NCBI GenBank assembly: GCA_050246815.1
Contig: JBFWVI010000009.1
Coordinates: forward strand, 8,976-72,975
Origin: Bdellovibrionales bacterium
GTDB taxonomy: Bacteria > Bdellovibrionota > Bdellovibrionia > Bdellovibrionales > UBA1609
Direction: 5' to 3'
Length of the DNA: 64,000 bases
Below, in pieces: positions 45,101 to 51,651 of the stretch. Every line of letters starts with the position of its first letter. Position 1 is the first letter of the stretch. Position numbers and translations under genes: made by a program. The notes beneath the pieces were generated by a model. It was not told the DNA's origin, made no database searches, and saw only the letters and a program-made list of their open reading frames with translations.

Positions 45101-48100
45101 TCTTACCTCAAAGCCGGTAACAGTGAAGCCAACGACGAGTTCGCCCGGGGCGGAGTTGCCATTTCGGGTAATTTAGCGGCCGTGGGTTCGATTCGTGAGG
45201 ATAGTATCAGCAGTCAAGTGATCAACGGCACGGCCTCGGCAACTGATAACGATGGGGTTAATTCTGGCGCGGTCTATGTGTATCGGCGCACCGGCAACAC
45301 CTGGGTGCAAAGCGCCTACTTAAAAGCCAGCAACGGAAAAGCCGGTGATTTATTTGGTAGCAGTGTCGCAATCGATGGTGACACTTTGATTGTGGGGGCA
45401 GAAGAGGAGTCCTCCACCGCCACTCAAGTGGCGAATCAAGCTTGGGCGCCTGCATTCGCGCAAGGCAGTTCAATCGGTGCGGCCTATGTGTTCTATTACA
45501 AGGGTGCGCCCGAGGTGGTTATCCAGCAAGCTTCCACGCAGGCTGATCCAACTTCAAGCCTGCCCATCGCGTTCAACGTCGCCTTTTCGAAACCAATTTC
45601 GGCCGGCACCTTCACCGATGCCGACATCACTCAAGGCGGCACAGCGACGGGCATCACTTGGTCGATCACCAATCCGTCGGGCGATAATCGCAACTTCGTT
45701 TTACAGGCAACGGCGGGCACAGCGGGCACTTACATTCCAAGCGTGGCGGCCGGCCTAGTGACAGATGTGGATGGCAACACCAACTTGGCGTCTTCGAGCA
45801 GCTTTGATAACAGCGTCACATATGCACCGCCGAGTTATTTATATATTAGTGACGCCTCGGTTCTTGAAGGGGGCACGCTTGTATTCAATGTGAGCCTTGA
45901 TGTTACATCCACCAGCGAAGTGACGTTTAACTATCAAACAGTCAATGGTACGGCCACCACCGCCGACAGTGATTACACCTCAGTGGCATTGACCGCATTT
46001 ACAATACCCGCCGGCACATTGACCACCAGCTTGTTTGTGGTCAGCACGCCGGATACTCGCTACGAAAATGACGAGACTTTGAGTGTCACTTTAACCTCGA
46101 TTGTGACCGCGATCCCAGGCGATACGGACGGCTTAGGCACTATCCAAAACGACGATGCCGTGGTTGGCATCAGCGTCTATGATGTGGCGATCAATGAAGG
46201 CGAAACCGCACAATTTGTGGCAAGCTTAAGTGCCGTTTCAGGCTTAAATGCAGTCTTCCAGTGGCAAACCATCAACGGAACCGCGACTTCAGCTAGCGAT
46301 TACACCGCGGTCAGTTTGACCACTGTGACCATTGTGGCCGGTCAGCTAACCATCTTGCTGCCGGTCATCAGCACAGAAAATGCGACTGCAGAACCCACGG
46401 AGCAGTTCACAGTGAGCCTGAGTTCAGCCACCAACGGGAATTTTGTCGACCCGGTGGCGATTGGAACTATTTTAGATGATGATGTGGCCGCGTTCACTTG
46501 GGTCGGCACCACGGGTGATCAAAAGTGGACCACTGCGGCCAACTGGTCCACCGGCACTGTGCCGGGAAGTGCGGATATTGCCATCTTTAATAATGTTTGT
46601 GCGACTCTTTGCGCTGCCAATATTGATGGCAACATCACGGTGAGCGGTATTCTTTTAGAGTCCACTTACACGGCGACACTTTCACAAAATACGGGTCAGC
46701 CGATCACCGTTGGTTTTGATGATTTGATCATTGCTGGTGGAGCGTTCCAGGCGAGCAATGCGGATATCCGCTTAAACGATGCGGTTTGGCAGCAAGGTGG
46801 CACGGTCAATATGGGTTCGGCCAATTGGTACTTTGATAACTGCCGAATTGACGCCGGCACGTGGAATGCGCAGACCTCAACAGCTCACATGAATGGGTCG
46901 GGATTTTCTGGGTCACTTATCGGGGCGGCCACATTTAACAATTTATCTTTAGTGCGTGATACGTCTTTAGGAAATCCAACCGAGGCTCAAGTCAATGGAA
47001 CGATCACAGTGGCAGGAACACTGTTACTCGATAAGGTCGGCTCCAACGCGCATCAATTGACGGCGGTTGGCAGTTCGAAAATCGTCGCTCTTGGCAATGT
47101 GAACGCGGTTGATTTTGACGGTGGTGACACCGGCTTAATTGAAATCGGCGGCACCGGAGTTCAGACCCTCACGGGTGGGATCGGTGGACAACTGCCCAAT
47201 GTCGCTGTGATCAAAACGGGTGGTTCGCTCGATTTGGTGGGCACCATCGACTTTGCGGAAAGTCTCGGTATGGCTTCGGGAACCGTGAATGCCGGCACAT
47301 CGACAGTACGATTCGTCAACACGGGTAGCATCACGGTGGTTCAGGGTGGCGTTGATTTTTACAATATGGAATTTCGCAAAGACACATCTGCTGGTAATTT
47401 GACAGTGACCTTGGGTGCTGGGAGCCATTTGTTTGCGGATGGGGACGTGCTTTTTGAAAGCACGGGTTCTAATCGAATGAACGTCGTTCATCCCAGCTCG
47501 AGCAGTATTGTTGTTCAAGGGGATATCACTGCGACTAAGGTTTACGATACGCCATCATTGCGTACTAATAAGCCCAGTGGGACACAAACGATTACGGGGG
47601 TCGCGGGGGCACAGCTTGGGGCAATACACCTAGGCAGCGCATCCACGGTTAATTTAGTTGGTACCATAGACATCTTGGAAGGCTTCGAGAACTTGAGTAC
47701 CGCGACAGTTAATCCTGGCACTTCGCTGGTTCGATTTATTAACGCGCCAGATGTGGCCGCCAACAGCTCCGCAATTAATTTGGGTGCTGGAAATTACCTC
47801 AACCAAGTTGTTTTCAATAAATCGTCTGTATGGAACACAATAAACGGAGTGGTGACCATCACCGGGAACTTGACGATCGACAATAGCAACACAGGTAACG
47901 GGATTAATTCCGCACCGGTGCAAGTGCAAGGCAATGTAGTGATGTTGGACAACGATGAGGGCACCGGCCGCATCGAAATGACAGGGGCCGCCCATACCAC
48001 CGTCACCATGGTGGCAAGTTCGGCTTGGCCCACGGGCGGCTGGACTGTGAATAAACCCGGAGCCAGTGTCAGATTGCTTTCAAACATCACGCTGTCACCC

Positions 48101-51100
48101 GCAGGAACGGACTTAACTCTGACGGCGGGAACAATCAGCCTATCGGGTTACCACTTAAGCGTACGCGATGTTTTGACCATGGCCTCGGGTACCGTGATTG
48201 ACAAAGGTTGCGGCACCGTGCGTGTCAATGGCACGTTGTTGCCAGATGGCCCCTACAGTTCCGGAACCATTACCAACACATCTCCATCCATCAACCTTTC
48301 CGTCAATGATGTGACCGTTGGTGAGGCCGATGGCAACGCCACATTTACCGTGACTCTCAGTGGGGCACATTGTGCAGCGGTGACATTTAATTACGCGACC
48401 GTCAATGGGACGGCGGCGCAGCCTGGTGATTACACGTCAACTTCTGGGGTGGGCACGATTGCTGCGGGACAGCTGACGTTGGCGGTGAATGTGCCGATCA
48501 TCAATGACTCAGATTACGAGGGGTCAACAGATGAGACCTTCACGCTTTCGCTCTCTGGAGTTTCGGGTGTGGCCGTGCTGGATCCTTATGGTGTGGGTTC
48601 CATCACCGACAACGATGCCGCGCCAGTTCTTTTTATCTCTGACGCCACCGCCACAGAAGGCGGAACACTCGACTTCATAGTGACTTTGGCCAGCAGCAGC
48701 GGTAGCGAAATCACATTCAACTTCCAGACCTACAACGGAACCGCCACCACGGCTCAAGATTACACGGCACAAAGCGGATCGGCCACCATTGCGATAGGCG
48801 CCACTTCGGTGACCATCAGCGTGGTGACACTTGATGACACAACTGATGAGGAGAGCCCTGAAAGCTTAACCCTCACAATTAGTTCAGCAACCAATGCCGC
48901 GATTGTCGACACCACCGGAGTCGGCTCGATCAACGACAACGACAATGCGCCTTTGATTTTTGTCAATACGGCTTCCGTCAACGAGGGTGGGACGCTTCAA
49001 TTTGGTGTTTCGCTTTCGCAGAGTTCGGATCGAGAAATCACCTTTCAGTACAGCACAAATGATGGCGCTGGTTCAGACAAGGCTGAGGCCCCCGGTGATT
49101 ACACGGCGGTGACAAATCAAGTTGTGACTATTGCGGCGGGCAGCCTCACCACAAGCCTTGGCGTTGTCACTGCGCAAGAAACTACTTTCGAAATGAACGA
49201 GAAAATGAAAGTGGTGTTGTCTTCTTTAGTCAACGTCACCTCTGGCGACACAGGGGAGGCCGAGGGTACGATTAGCAATGAAGACACTTTCACGCCTGTG
49301 GTTGTCGCAGTTTATCCGACCAATGGTGCGAACTGGAACGACTACGTCAAGTACGACAATGATAACGGCGGCACCAATACTTTCAATCAAGACGACATAG
49401 CCTGCACGGGTGCCGAAACCGGCCGCTATGGCCAATTGAACGGTTGTATCCACGGTGGTGAAAGGCGCAAAGTCACTGTCACCGGTTATACTTCGTGCGC
49501 GAACTTAACCATGACGGATTCTGTTGGCGCCTTTGATTGGAAGTGTATCGTCTCTGGGGGCACAGCCACGTTTTACTCCACAAGCTTTAACTCGGGCAAA
49601 GGTTTGGCGGATCTTATTAATGCAACGTCTTGGAAGAACATAACCGTCACGGTTTTAGATGGTGTGACCACGCTGGGGACTTCGGCCGCCGCCGCATGGG
49701 CATCAAATATCGTAGCGGCGTTGCCTGATAATAACAGCACTGGTGCAGTCGTTCAACTTGACGGCACTGATGATGACACCAGTGGGCCCGATTTCGGCAT
49801 TACGGCGGGTTCGATCCTGACGCGCTCGACGGACATGACTGCAAGCCGTGGGTTTAACCTGAATGCGGATAGACTTAGCATCGTGACTCTTGGCACGGCC
49901 AGAATCACTTACGATCCAAGTGCGGGAGCAGTTTGTGATTGGACGACAGGTGAAACGACCGGCGCAACTACGTCAGTATTTCTCTGCACCGGAGGTCAAA
50001 AATTTATATGGATTGAAGGCAATTTTGCTGGGGATACCTCGTCGACCAATGACTTGCTCATGACTCTGGTGAATACAAAGCATTCGCGAGTTCATAAAAC
50101 ACGATTGACTCGATCTGAATACGAAACATTTTATTTGTACAATTCGAACTCAAACATGGTGACGGATTTGGCGATCCATACCGGCAGTGCATACTACAAC
50201 ACGTTCGGTGTTGACGCTTCTTCATACAACACATTTGTTGGGGTCAAGGTTTCAAACTCAATTGCAGCCAATCCTTATGTCGCGATCTATGTGACGGGAG
50301 CTTCGTCTTACAACGTTTTTCACGAGATCGCGCTTTCAAATGCCCCACACTATGGCTTTTTTCTTGAAAACGGCACCAATAACACGATTTCAAAAGTGGT
50401 TTTGGCCAACACCACCGGTCGCGCGTATTATATTAGTGGAGCTCAGGGTTCTGTGGCCCGAAATACCACAAGTCACCTGACGATGGCCAACGCCGAAGGG
50501 ATCATTTTAGAAGGGTATACCTTTGGGGCTGATTACCAGACCCTCAACCAGGCTGTGGTTGCCAACGGAAGTGACTATGCCGCGCTCTATGTCTATGGTG
50601 CGAACAATGCAAAAATATCGCAATTTGTAAGCGGTCATAATTCGGTGGACCTGACCGCGAGCGGCAGCAATGGATTTTTCACGAACAATATGCTGATTGG
50701 CCCGTCGGCATCGGGGGCATGTAATGGCAATACCGGGACAAACACCGGTCTTGGCGCATTTACCTGTACAAACCAAGGATCTTCGGACGCCAACTTTGTC
50801 ATCGGCAGCTCGATTGACCTGACCAACTCATTTGTTGGCAAAGCGACTAGTGATTCGGCCAACACATCTGACACATCCGGTACTGCGGCATACAATACGA
50901 TCACTGACTTTTTGAACTTTGAAAATTTCTATCGTCTATGGGGGCTTGATGGTTCGGGAGCCTTCCCTCATGCCAGCCAAGAGGGTCGTTGTTCAGGCAC
51001 CAGCACTTGTCGAATTTGGGATTGGCGTTTGAAATCCACGGATACTGTTCTTCGTAATAAGAGCAATGATGGCTCCACTTCGAACGACGCCTTTACGGCC

Positions 51101-51373
51101 AACAGCACTTGCCCGGCCGCAGTCCATGGCAACAAGGCCCTGGCGGATCAACAGACCTCGGTCAACACCTTCTTGATCAACGCCCAAGAGATCATGTTGG
51201 ACGGCGTGGGCGACGACGACGGCCTGTGCGAAAGCAGCGAAGAGTGTATCTATTCACCGAACTTCGGGGCCTATCAAGGTGAGGGTAATTATAAAGCGGG
51301 TGGCACGTGCACCTTCCAAAACGGCACGATCACCGGCGTGATCATGTATGCTTATCCAACCAACGGTGGCTAA
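30134..51373 (+). CDS. Giant (~7,080 aa) adhesin-like lipoprotein with Calx-beta, FG-GAP propeller, Ig-like and beta-helix modules
   Basis: Lipobox LSGC; ~30 Calx-beta units (I.D..V.EG...F.V.L...T.DGTA...DY...D...E..E.F.V.L...G.GTI.DDD); three FG-GAP repeat arrays (D.FG..V.I.GDT.VVGA...GAAYVF.R.G..W.Q.AY.K); ORF track opens at TTG 30044. Confidence 0.9.
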   Translation: MVERGLISSIITAWSRRFAPAVFLLSAIALSGCKLETNIKDLTEPASDIPILSTQDVSITEGTTAAYLVTMNRSSSMPVVVVYQTLPQTATSGADYTALFGLLTIPAGQTFGYLPLAALEDPNYEGNEIFRVELSAASNAVMASATLAKNITILDNENRPKVFISDATVGEGGTLTFNVTTDVPSELEVAFNYASVAGLDPDPLMRASAGADFTSVAGRITLAALSMATSIPVISLQDILDENDELFHVTLTSLSNSDPGDVSGLGEITDDDLAPVLSVSDLSINEGDTGSLAVSLSVISGLPVVFDIATSNGSNVDPTLNAQAPGDYTAKSLVSVTIAAGQAQVIVTLVTIEDLVDEQDEGFFATVSNVTNAGTGQLISNVTIVDDDGPPLIYITDTAVVEGGTLAFVVSLTAPSALDVTFNFQSFDGTATTADSDYTGINSAGTIPMGSLTTLVYVITTADTKYEANETMTVSLSAVVNAGNGDLLATGTITNDDSPPGLYITDAAVLEGETAHFVISLSEISSQDVTVNWFTANGTATTSDSDYTGVASTLVTIPAGSLTVGAAVITVEDTRYEANETYNVSLQTATGATIVDNTGVGTITNDDVLPTIYIDDLTMSEGETGQFVVSLSTAAGLPVVFDWQTFAATATAPGDFTAVTTTTRTIPAGTLFVNVAVITTEDALNEVSENFQVSLSSLTNAAAGDLLATGTITDDDAAPSLYIVDAAAVSEGQTSVFWVTMTAASGLDVTFNYQSVDGTAVSTQDYTAVALTMGTIPAGSLSVAINVVTIDDLVDETSPENYTVTLTSPTNATISDGIGLGTINDNDNPPLLYVLDSSVNEGETLTFYATLSQISDLDVVFNYTSLDGTGGDRAQAPGDYTSVSNQTMTIPAGSLSVAMQVVTVEDVTFEADEKLNITLSSLSNVTLGDDGLGEGTILNDDAGPLIFIGDASVTEGQTAVFAVTISALSSVDVIFTWNTTNDTATGGSDYTAVGATVVTIPAGSLTTAVSVVTIDDVVAAEPAETFNVTLTGLTNVNSGDINGVGTINDNDTSTLYIGDASVTEGGTLIFAVTLSLATGVDVTFNFQTVDGTATTADSDYTSIALTAMTIPAGSLTSFLAVVTAADTKYENNETLNVTLTSAVNAGAGDMNGVGTINNDDSVPGVYINDVTVIEGGTANFSISLSAVSGVDVTVNWATIDGTATTANSDYTGVGTTLVTIPAGSLSVVGPVITLQDTLHENSETYTITLTSATGGTIVDGLGLGTITDDDTAPQLSIYDLTILEGETGQFVVSLSALSGLETVFSWQTFFGTATAPDFTAVSTTVITIPALTSSVQLPLITTEDLLNEGDETFLASLSAASNATFLDDLATGTITDDDGPPMLYVLDAASVTEGQTSLFWVTLTAASGLDVTFSYRTFNDTAVSTQDYTAVGLTSATIPAGSLSVSFNVVTIDDTQDEVSPEYFDLSISAPNNATIADALGKGGITDNDNPPEIFIADVAVSEGGTLGFWVTLSALSDLNVDFSYVTNDGLGTDKAEAPGDYTAITLTAGQIPAGSLSLLINVVTIQESIFEVNEQLTVTLSALSNATYGDDGIATGTITNDDAGPSIFIGDASVTEGQTAVFAVTISALSSVDVIFTWNTTNDTATGGSDYTTVGATVVTIPAGSLTTAVSVVTIDDVVAAEPAETFNVTLTGLTNVNSGDINGVGTINDNDTSTLYIGDASVTEGGTLIFAVTLSLATGVDVTFNFQTVDGTATTADSDYTSIALTAMTIPAGSLTSFLAVVTAADTKYENNETLNVTLTSAVNAGAGDMNGVGTINNDDSVPGVYINDVTVIEGGTANFSISLSAVSGVDVTVNWATVDGTATTANSDYTGVGTTLVTIPAGSLSVVGPVITLQDTLHENSETYTITLTSAAGGTIVDGLGLGTITDDDTAPQLSIYDLTILEGETGQFVVSLSALSGLETVFSWQTFFGTATAPDFTAVSTTVITIPALTSSVQLPLITSEDLLNEGDETFLASLSAASNATFLDDLATGTITDDDGPPMLYVLDAASVTEGQTSLFWVTLTAASGLDVTFSYRTFNDTAVSTQDYTAVGLTSATIPAGSLSVSFNVVTIDDTQDEVSPEYFDLSISAPNNATIADALGKGGIADNDNPPEIFIADVAVSEGGTLGFWVTLSAVSDLNVDFSYVTNDGLGTDKAEAPGDYTAITLTAGQIPAGSLSLLINVVTIQDVVAEPSELLTMTLSALSNAAHGDDGIATGTINDNDVVPFTWVGTTGDGLWSTAGNWSGLTVPTAANVATFTNVCLGANCNATVDVAVDVQGLNMTSAYSGTITQAAGVALRTGNSDWLMAGGAFIGSSGAITINRDFNQSGGTFTAGTQTIEVQRNWTSTAGAMNMTGSTVEFKGASGTTINIGAQQFYNLSLLKDAWTAAAATGSVTIANDFSLNQGFNAFNQGRVTGGTFDVVNRVNLGLNNGGYGPWALRLVGTGAQTIAGGIDSESALNQLHIAKPSGLVSVEGTIGIDSDFTYMSGSTFNAGTSAIHFINGYGTLSLASDLDFYDVKIAKYQYANVTIVGAGTMQVNHDLTLDASNVLLGGALLGGSIRAMGNVYANSTGGYLGGSTTVLYLAGTGAQTIVGGDGDLPSVVINSTGTVDLTGTFAVVGSFIHTNSAGLSAGTSTVYLESTGTSTVSMGAQSLNNVNVSSGSGRSMVIAGALTINGNAELSGSAGGNTLDGGTLVAKKNVSITSADFDGGTASILLNGTGAQTISNPGGGAWTSGKNYVDKVSGAVELAGNTTFALAQDMDFTSGTINMRGYDLGIRDALTMASGTTIYTDCGVLTYNGGSSSLGGTIIDGTPGALLSVNDVTVSESAGNATFTVTLAAPSCAPTIFNFATVNGTAVQPGDYTSTSGVGTIPAGQQSWTTNVPIIDDTLYEGATDETFTFSLSAVMGAPVLDPLGVGSITDNDAQPNIFVNDVTVTEGQTANFVISLSNATTSDVTFTWETVNGTATSGADYTGVGATSATIAAGQLAITVAVVTTDDVVFSEGDENYNVTLTSIANASAGDTNGVGTINDNDNAFLFIADADVVESGTLLFVVTMSAVSGSEVTFSFQSYSGLNSVMGGAAATSGTDFTAISGTATISAGVLAVTLPVVTTVDATYEGLENLSVTISAPVGASITDSTGLGFIHNDDCPATGWCQQAYIKAINADAGDIFGEGVSIMDDTLVVGAPYELSSQTTITNDTTASSDNSASQSGAAYVYVRSGNTWVQQAYIKRGKHDGYFGRSVSINGDTLAIGAFLDVSGSTQIFNGTGMAYDSPGGAEYGAVHIYKRTGSTWVQEAFIKASNSRANTDFGNGLNLAKDSLVVASASESSNQSYITQGTGSSTDASSAAAGAVYIYRRTGNTWVQEAYVKASNRNNNDRFGFGTAFDGQTLAVGAIYEDSNGTGVYNGTGASADNSSADSGAVYVYARSGTWVQQAYIKSALTGGSAYFGYDVALSGDTLVVGEPLGRASAVLINGTQAPVDENVYGTATVYKRTGSTWVQQAILKPPVQNYAQIFGAAVAISQDRVAVAAYAETSLESQVFNGTAVPNPNAGTDETGAVFVYARTGSTWVQQATLKPSNPDNVSSFGAPAYDTATFSPHRSLAISGDTIVVGSNAERSNQRGITNGPWASLNRSAISSGAAYVFHYKGAPQVTIQQAATQVDPASSLPIEFSVDFGKAISTATFTDADITQNGTATGITWSITNPSGDNRNFVLQATGGTAGTYTPSVAAGLVTDVDGNTNLASSTEYDNSVTYNIPRNLFITDAEVVEGGTMVFTVSLDGTAGSDVTFNYQSYSGLSTQLGGAAAAQGTDFTATSGAATIPMGSLTLALLVVTTVDATYEGMENLSLTLSSASGATISDSTGLGFIHNDDCPTTGWCQQAYLKGATADANDLFGYWTAIHRDTVVVGAPYESADTSSVLNGTGGSSSNGRSRTGAAYVYKRTGGTWVQEAYLKGATTDVDDFFGDTVAIHEDTIVVSSYGEGSSSSTIVNGTGGSSNNSHSNGGAAYVFKRTGNTWVREAYLKAGTPKDSSYFGEAVSIHGDTILVTALSDSSGVSGVLNGTGGSTDTSVSSAGSAYIFKRTGNTWVREAYLKAANPDASDYFGSSAALDRDTAVITAAWESSGTSTVLNGTGGSADNSVNQVGAAYVFKRTGNTWVQEAYLKPYTAIVAYMFGQYDTAISGDTIAIGANGDSSNATGITHGTGGPADTSGSSYSGAVYIFKRTGSTWARQAFIKATNAGSWDQLGSWVSLSGDLLAAGADSEDSYQSLVSSGTLASSTNDGTDIGAAYIFRRTGNTWVQDAYIKPSNGDTGDLFASVRIDGDTLVVGARGESSNLTGVINGPYASINNSAVSSGAAYVFHYKGAPQVTIQQAATQVDPASSLPIEFSVDFGKAISTATFTDADITQNGTATGITWSITNPSGDNRNFVLQATGGTAGTYTPSVAAGLVTDVDGNTNLASSTEYDNSVTYNIPRNLFITDAEVVEGGTMVFTVSLDGTAGSDVTFNYQSYSGLSTQLGGAAAAQGTDFTATSGAATIPMGSLTLALLVVTTVDATYEGMENLSLTLSSASGATISDSTGLGFIHNDDCPTTGWCQQAYMKVQWGKRLGESTSVHNDTVVVGATTHSGTDSGVINGTGMPGDSAPLNSGMAVVYARSGSTWVRQATLLPPAPDTFDYFGRKVRVSGNTAVMSTGDEDSLATGVINGTGAAFNEGASASGAALVYKRTGNTWVQEAYLKASNAEADDGFGFAIDLDEDTVVVGAYKEDSSVTGITAGTGGSSDNTAADAGAVYVFKRTGNTWVQEAFLKANNTGADDQFGYSVAVSQNTVVVTAPNEDSSLTGVSNGPGFTDNELGANDGSAYVFRRTGSTWVQEAILRSSGAGGQLFFGNDIDISADSIIVANYLDYSDETGVKNGTDGPINSDASASGAAYIFKRTGLTWVQESYLKAGNSEANDEFARGGVAISGNLAAVGSIREDSISSQVINGTASATDNDGVNSGAVYVYRRTGNTWVQSAYLKASNGKAGDLFGSSVAIDGDTLIVGAEEESSTATQVANQAWAPAFAQGSSIGAAYVFYYKGAPEVVIQQASTQADPTSSLPIAFNVAFSKPISAGTFTDADITQGGTATGITWSITNPSGDNRNFVLQATAGTAGTYIPSVAAGLVTDVDGNTNLASSSSFDNSVTYAPPSYLYISDASVLEGGTLVFNVSLDVTSTSEVTFNYQTVNGTATTADSDYTSVALTAFTIPAGTLTTSLFVVSTPDTRYENDETLSVTLTSIVTAIPGDTDGLGTIQNDDAVVGISVYDVAINEGETAQFVASLSAVSGLNAVFQWQTINGTATSASDYTAVSLTTVTIVAGQLTILLPVISTENATAEPTEQFTVSLSSATNGNFVDPVAIGTILDDDVAAFTWVGTTGDQKWTTAANWSTGTVPGSADIAIFNNVCATLCAANIDGNITVSGILLESTYTATLSQNTGQPITVGFDDLIIAGGAFQASNADIRLNDAVWQQGGTVNMGSANWYFDNCRIDAGTWNAQTSTAHMNGSGFSGSLIGAATFNNLSLVRDTSLGNPTEAQVNGTITVAGTLLLDKVGSNAHQLTAVGSSKIVALGNVNAVDFDGGDTGLIEIGGTGVQTLTGGIGGQLPNVAVIKTGGSLDLVGTIDFAESLGMASGTVNAGTSTVRFVNTGSITVVQGGVDFYNMEFRKDTSAGNLTVTLGAGSHLFADGDVLFESTGSNRMNVVHPSSSSIVVQGDITATKVYDTPSLRTNKPSGTQTITGVAGAQLGAIHLGSASTVNLVGTIDILEGFENLSTATVNPGTSLVRFINAPDVAANSSAINLGAGNYLNQVVFNKSSVWNTINGVVTITGNLTIDNSNTGNGINSAPVQVQGNVVMLDNDEGTGRIEMTGAAHTTVTMVASSAWPTGGWTVNKPGASVRLLSNITLSPAGTDLTLTAGTISLSGYHLSVRDVLTMASGTVIDKGCGTVRVNGTLLPDGPYSSGTITNTSPSINLSVNDVTVGEADGNATFTVTLSGAHCAAVTFNYATVNGTAAQPGDYTSTSGVGTIAAGQLTLAVNVPIINDSDYEGSTDETFTLSLSGVSGVAVLDPYGVGSITDNDAAPVLFISDATATEGGTLDFIVTLASSSGSEITFNFQTYNGTATTAQDYTAQSGSATIAIGATSVTISVVTLDDTTDEESPESLTLTISSATNAAIVDTTGVGSINDNDNAPLIFVNTASVNEGGTLQFGVSLSQSSDREITFQYSTNDGAGSDKAEAPGDYTAVTNQVVTIAAGSLTTSLGVVTAQETTFEMNEKMKVVLSSLVNVTSGDTGEAEGTISNEDTFTPVVVAVYPTNGANWNDYVKYDNDNGGTNTFNQDDIACTGAETGRYGQLNGCIHGGERRKVTVTGYTSCANLTMTDSVGAFDWKCIVSGGTATFYSTSFNSGKGLADLINATSWKNITVTVLDGVTTLGTSAAAAWASNIVAALPDNNSTGAVVQLDGTDDDTSGPDFGITAGSILTRSTDMTASRGFNLNADRLSIVTLGTARITYDPSAGAVCDWTTGETTGATTSVFLCTGGQKFIWIEGNFAGDTSSTNDLLMTLVNTKHSRVHKTRLTRSEYETFYLYNSNSNMVTDLAIHTGSAYYNTFGVDASSYNTFVGVKVSNSIAANPYVAIYVTGASSYNVFHEIALSNAPHYGFFLENGTNNTISKVVLANTTGRAYYISGAQGSVARNTTSHLTMANAEGIILEGYTFGADYQTLNQAVVANGSDYAALYVYGANNAKISQFVSGHNSVDLTASGSNGFFTNNMLIGPSASGACNGNTGTNTGLGAFTCTNQGSSDANFVIGSSIDLTNSFVGKATSDSANTSDTSGTAAYNTITDFLNFENFYRLWGLDGSGAFPHASQEGRCSGTSTCRIWDWRLKSTDTVLRNKSNDGSTSNDAFTANSTCPAAVHGNKALADQQTSVNTFLINAQEIMLDGVGDDDGLCESSEECIYSPNFGAYQGEGNYKAGGTCTFQNGTITGVIMYAYPTNGG
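32980..36917 (+). repeat. Near-identical tandem duplication, period 1,986 bp (6 Calx-beta units)
   Basis: ~32980-34931 repeats at ~34966-36917; near-identical antisense ORFs at 33100/35086 and 33964/35950 confirm the offset. Confidence 0.93.
41177..44057 (+). repeat. Two near-identical ~730-bp direct repeats (Ig-like plus Calx-beta linker), offset 2,151 bp
   Basis: ~41177-41906 matches ~43328-44057; identical antisense ORFs at 41218/43369 and 41501/43652; diverged third copy at ~45480-45820. Confidence 0.92.
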
Positions 51374-51525
51374 GAAGTAACCCCAGTCTTTTGGGGCAAT
51401 TTTCTCGCCATTCGTAACATGTTGAAAATAAAGGTATTTTTTGCCGTCCGTGGAGTTCTTGTGATGGGCCTGCCTTCCGGCCCAAATTCTCATGGGGCAG
51501 GCTTGTCTGGGGCGGGCAAAACTCT

Positions 51526-51553
51526 TTGACTTTATGCGCTTAAGATCTATAAA
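51526..51553 (+). promoter_or_regulatory. Putative sigma-70 promoter of rpsA
   Basis: TTGACT-N16-TATAAA upstream of rpsA. Confidence 0.55.
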
Positions 51554-51651
51554 CCTACGCCATCACCATGTTCCTTTCATTTAACCAAAAAGGCATAGGT
51601 GTACGGTCGTCGTCGCTTAAGACGGTGACCCTGAGGAGGTACGATTTGCGT

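Noticed and set aside
30479..51187. Repeated antisense and alternate-frame ORFs within the giant gene
   Set aside because: By-products of the internal duplications and Thr/Val/Ser codon usage; used only to measure repeat offsets
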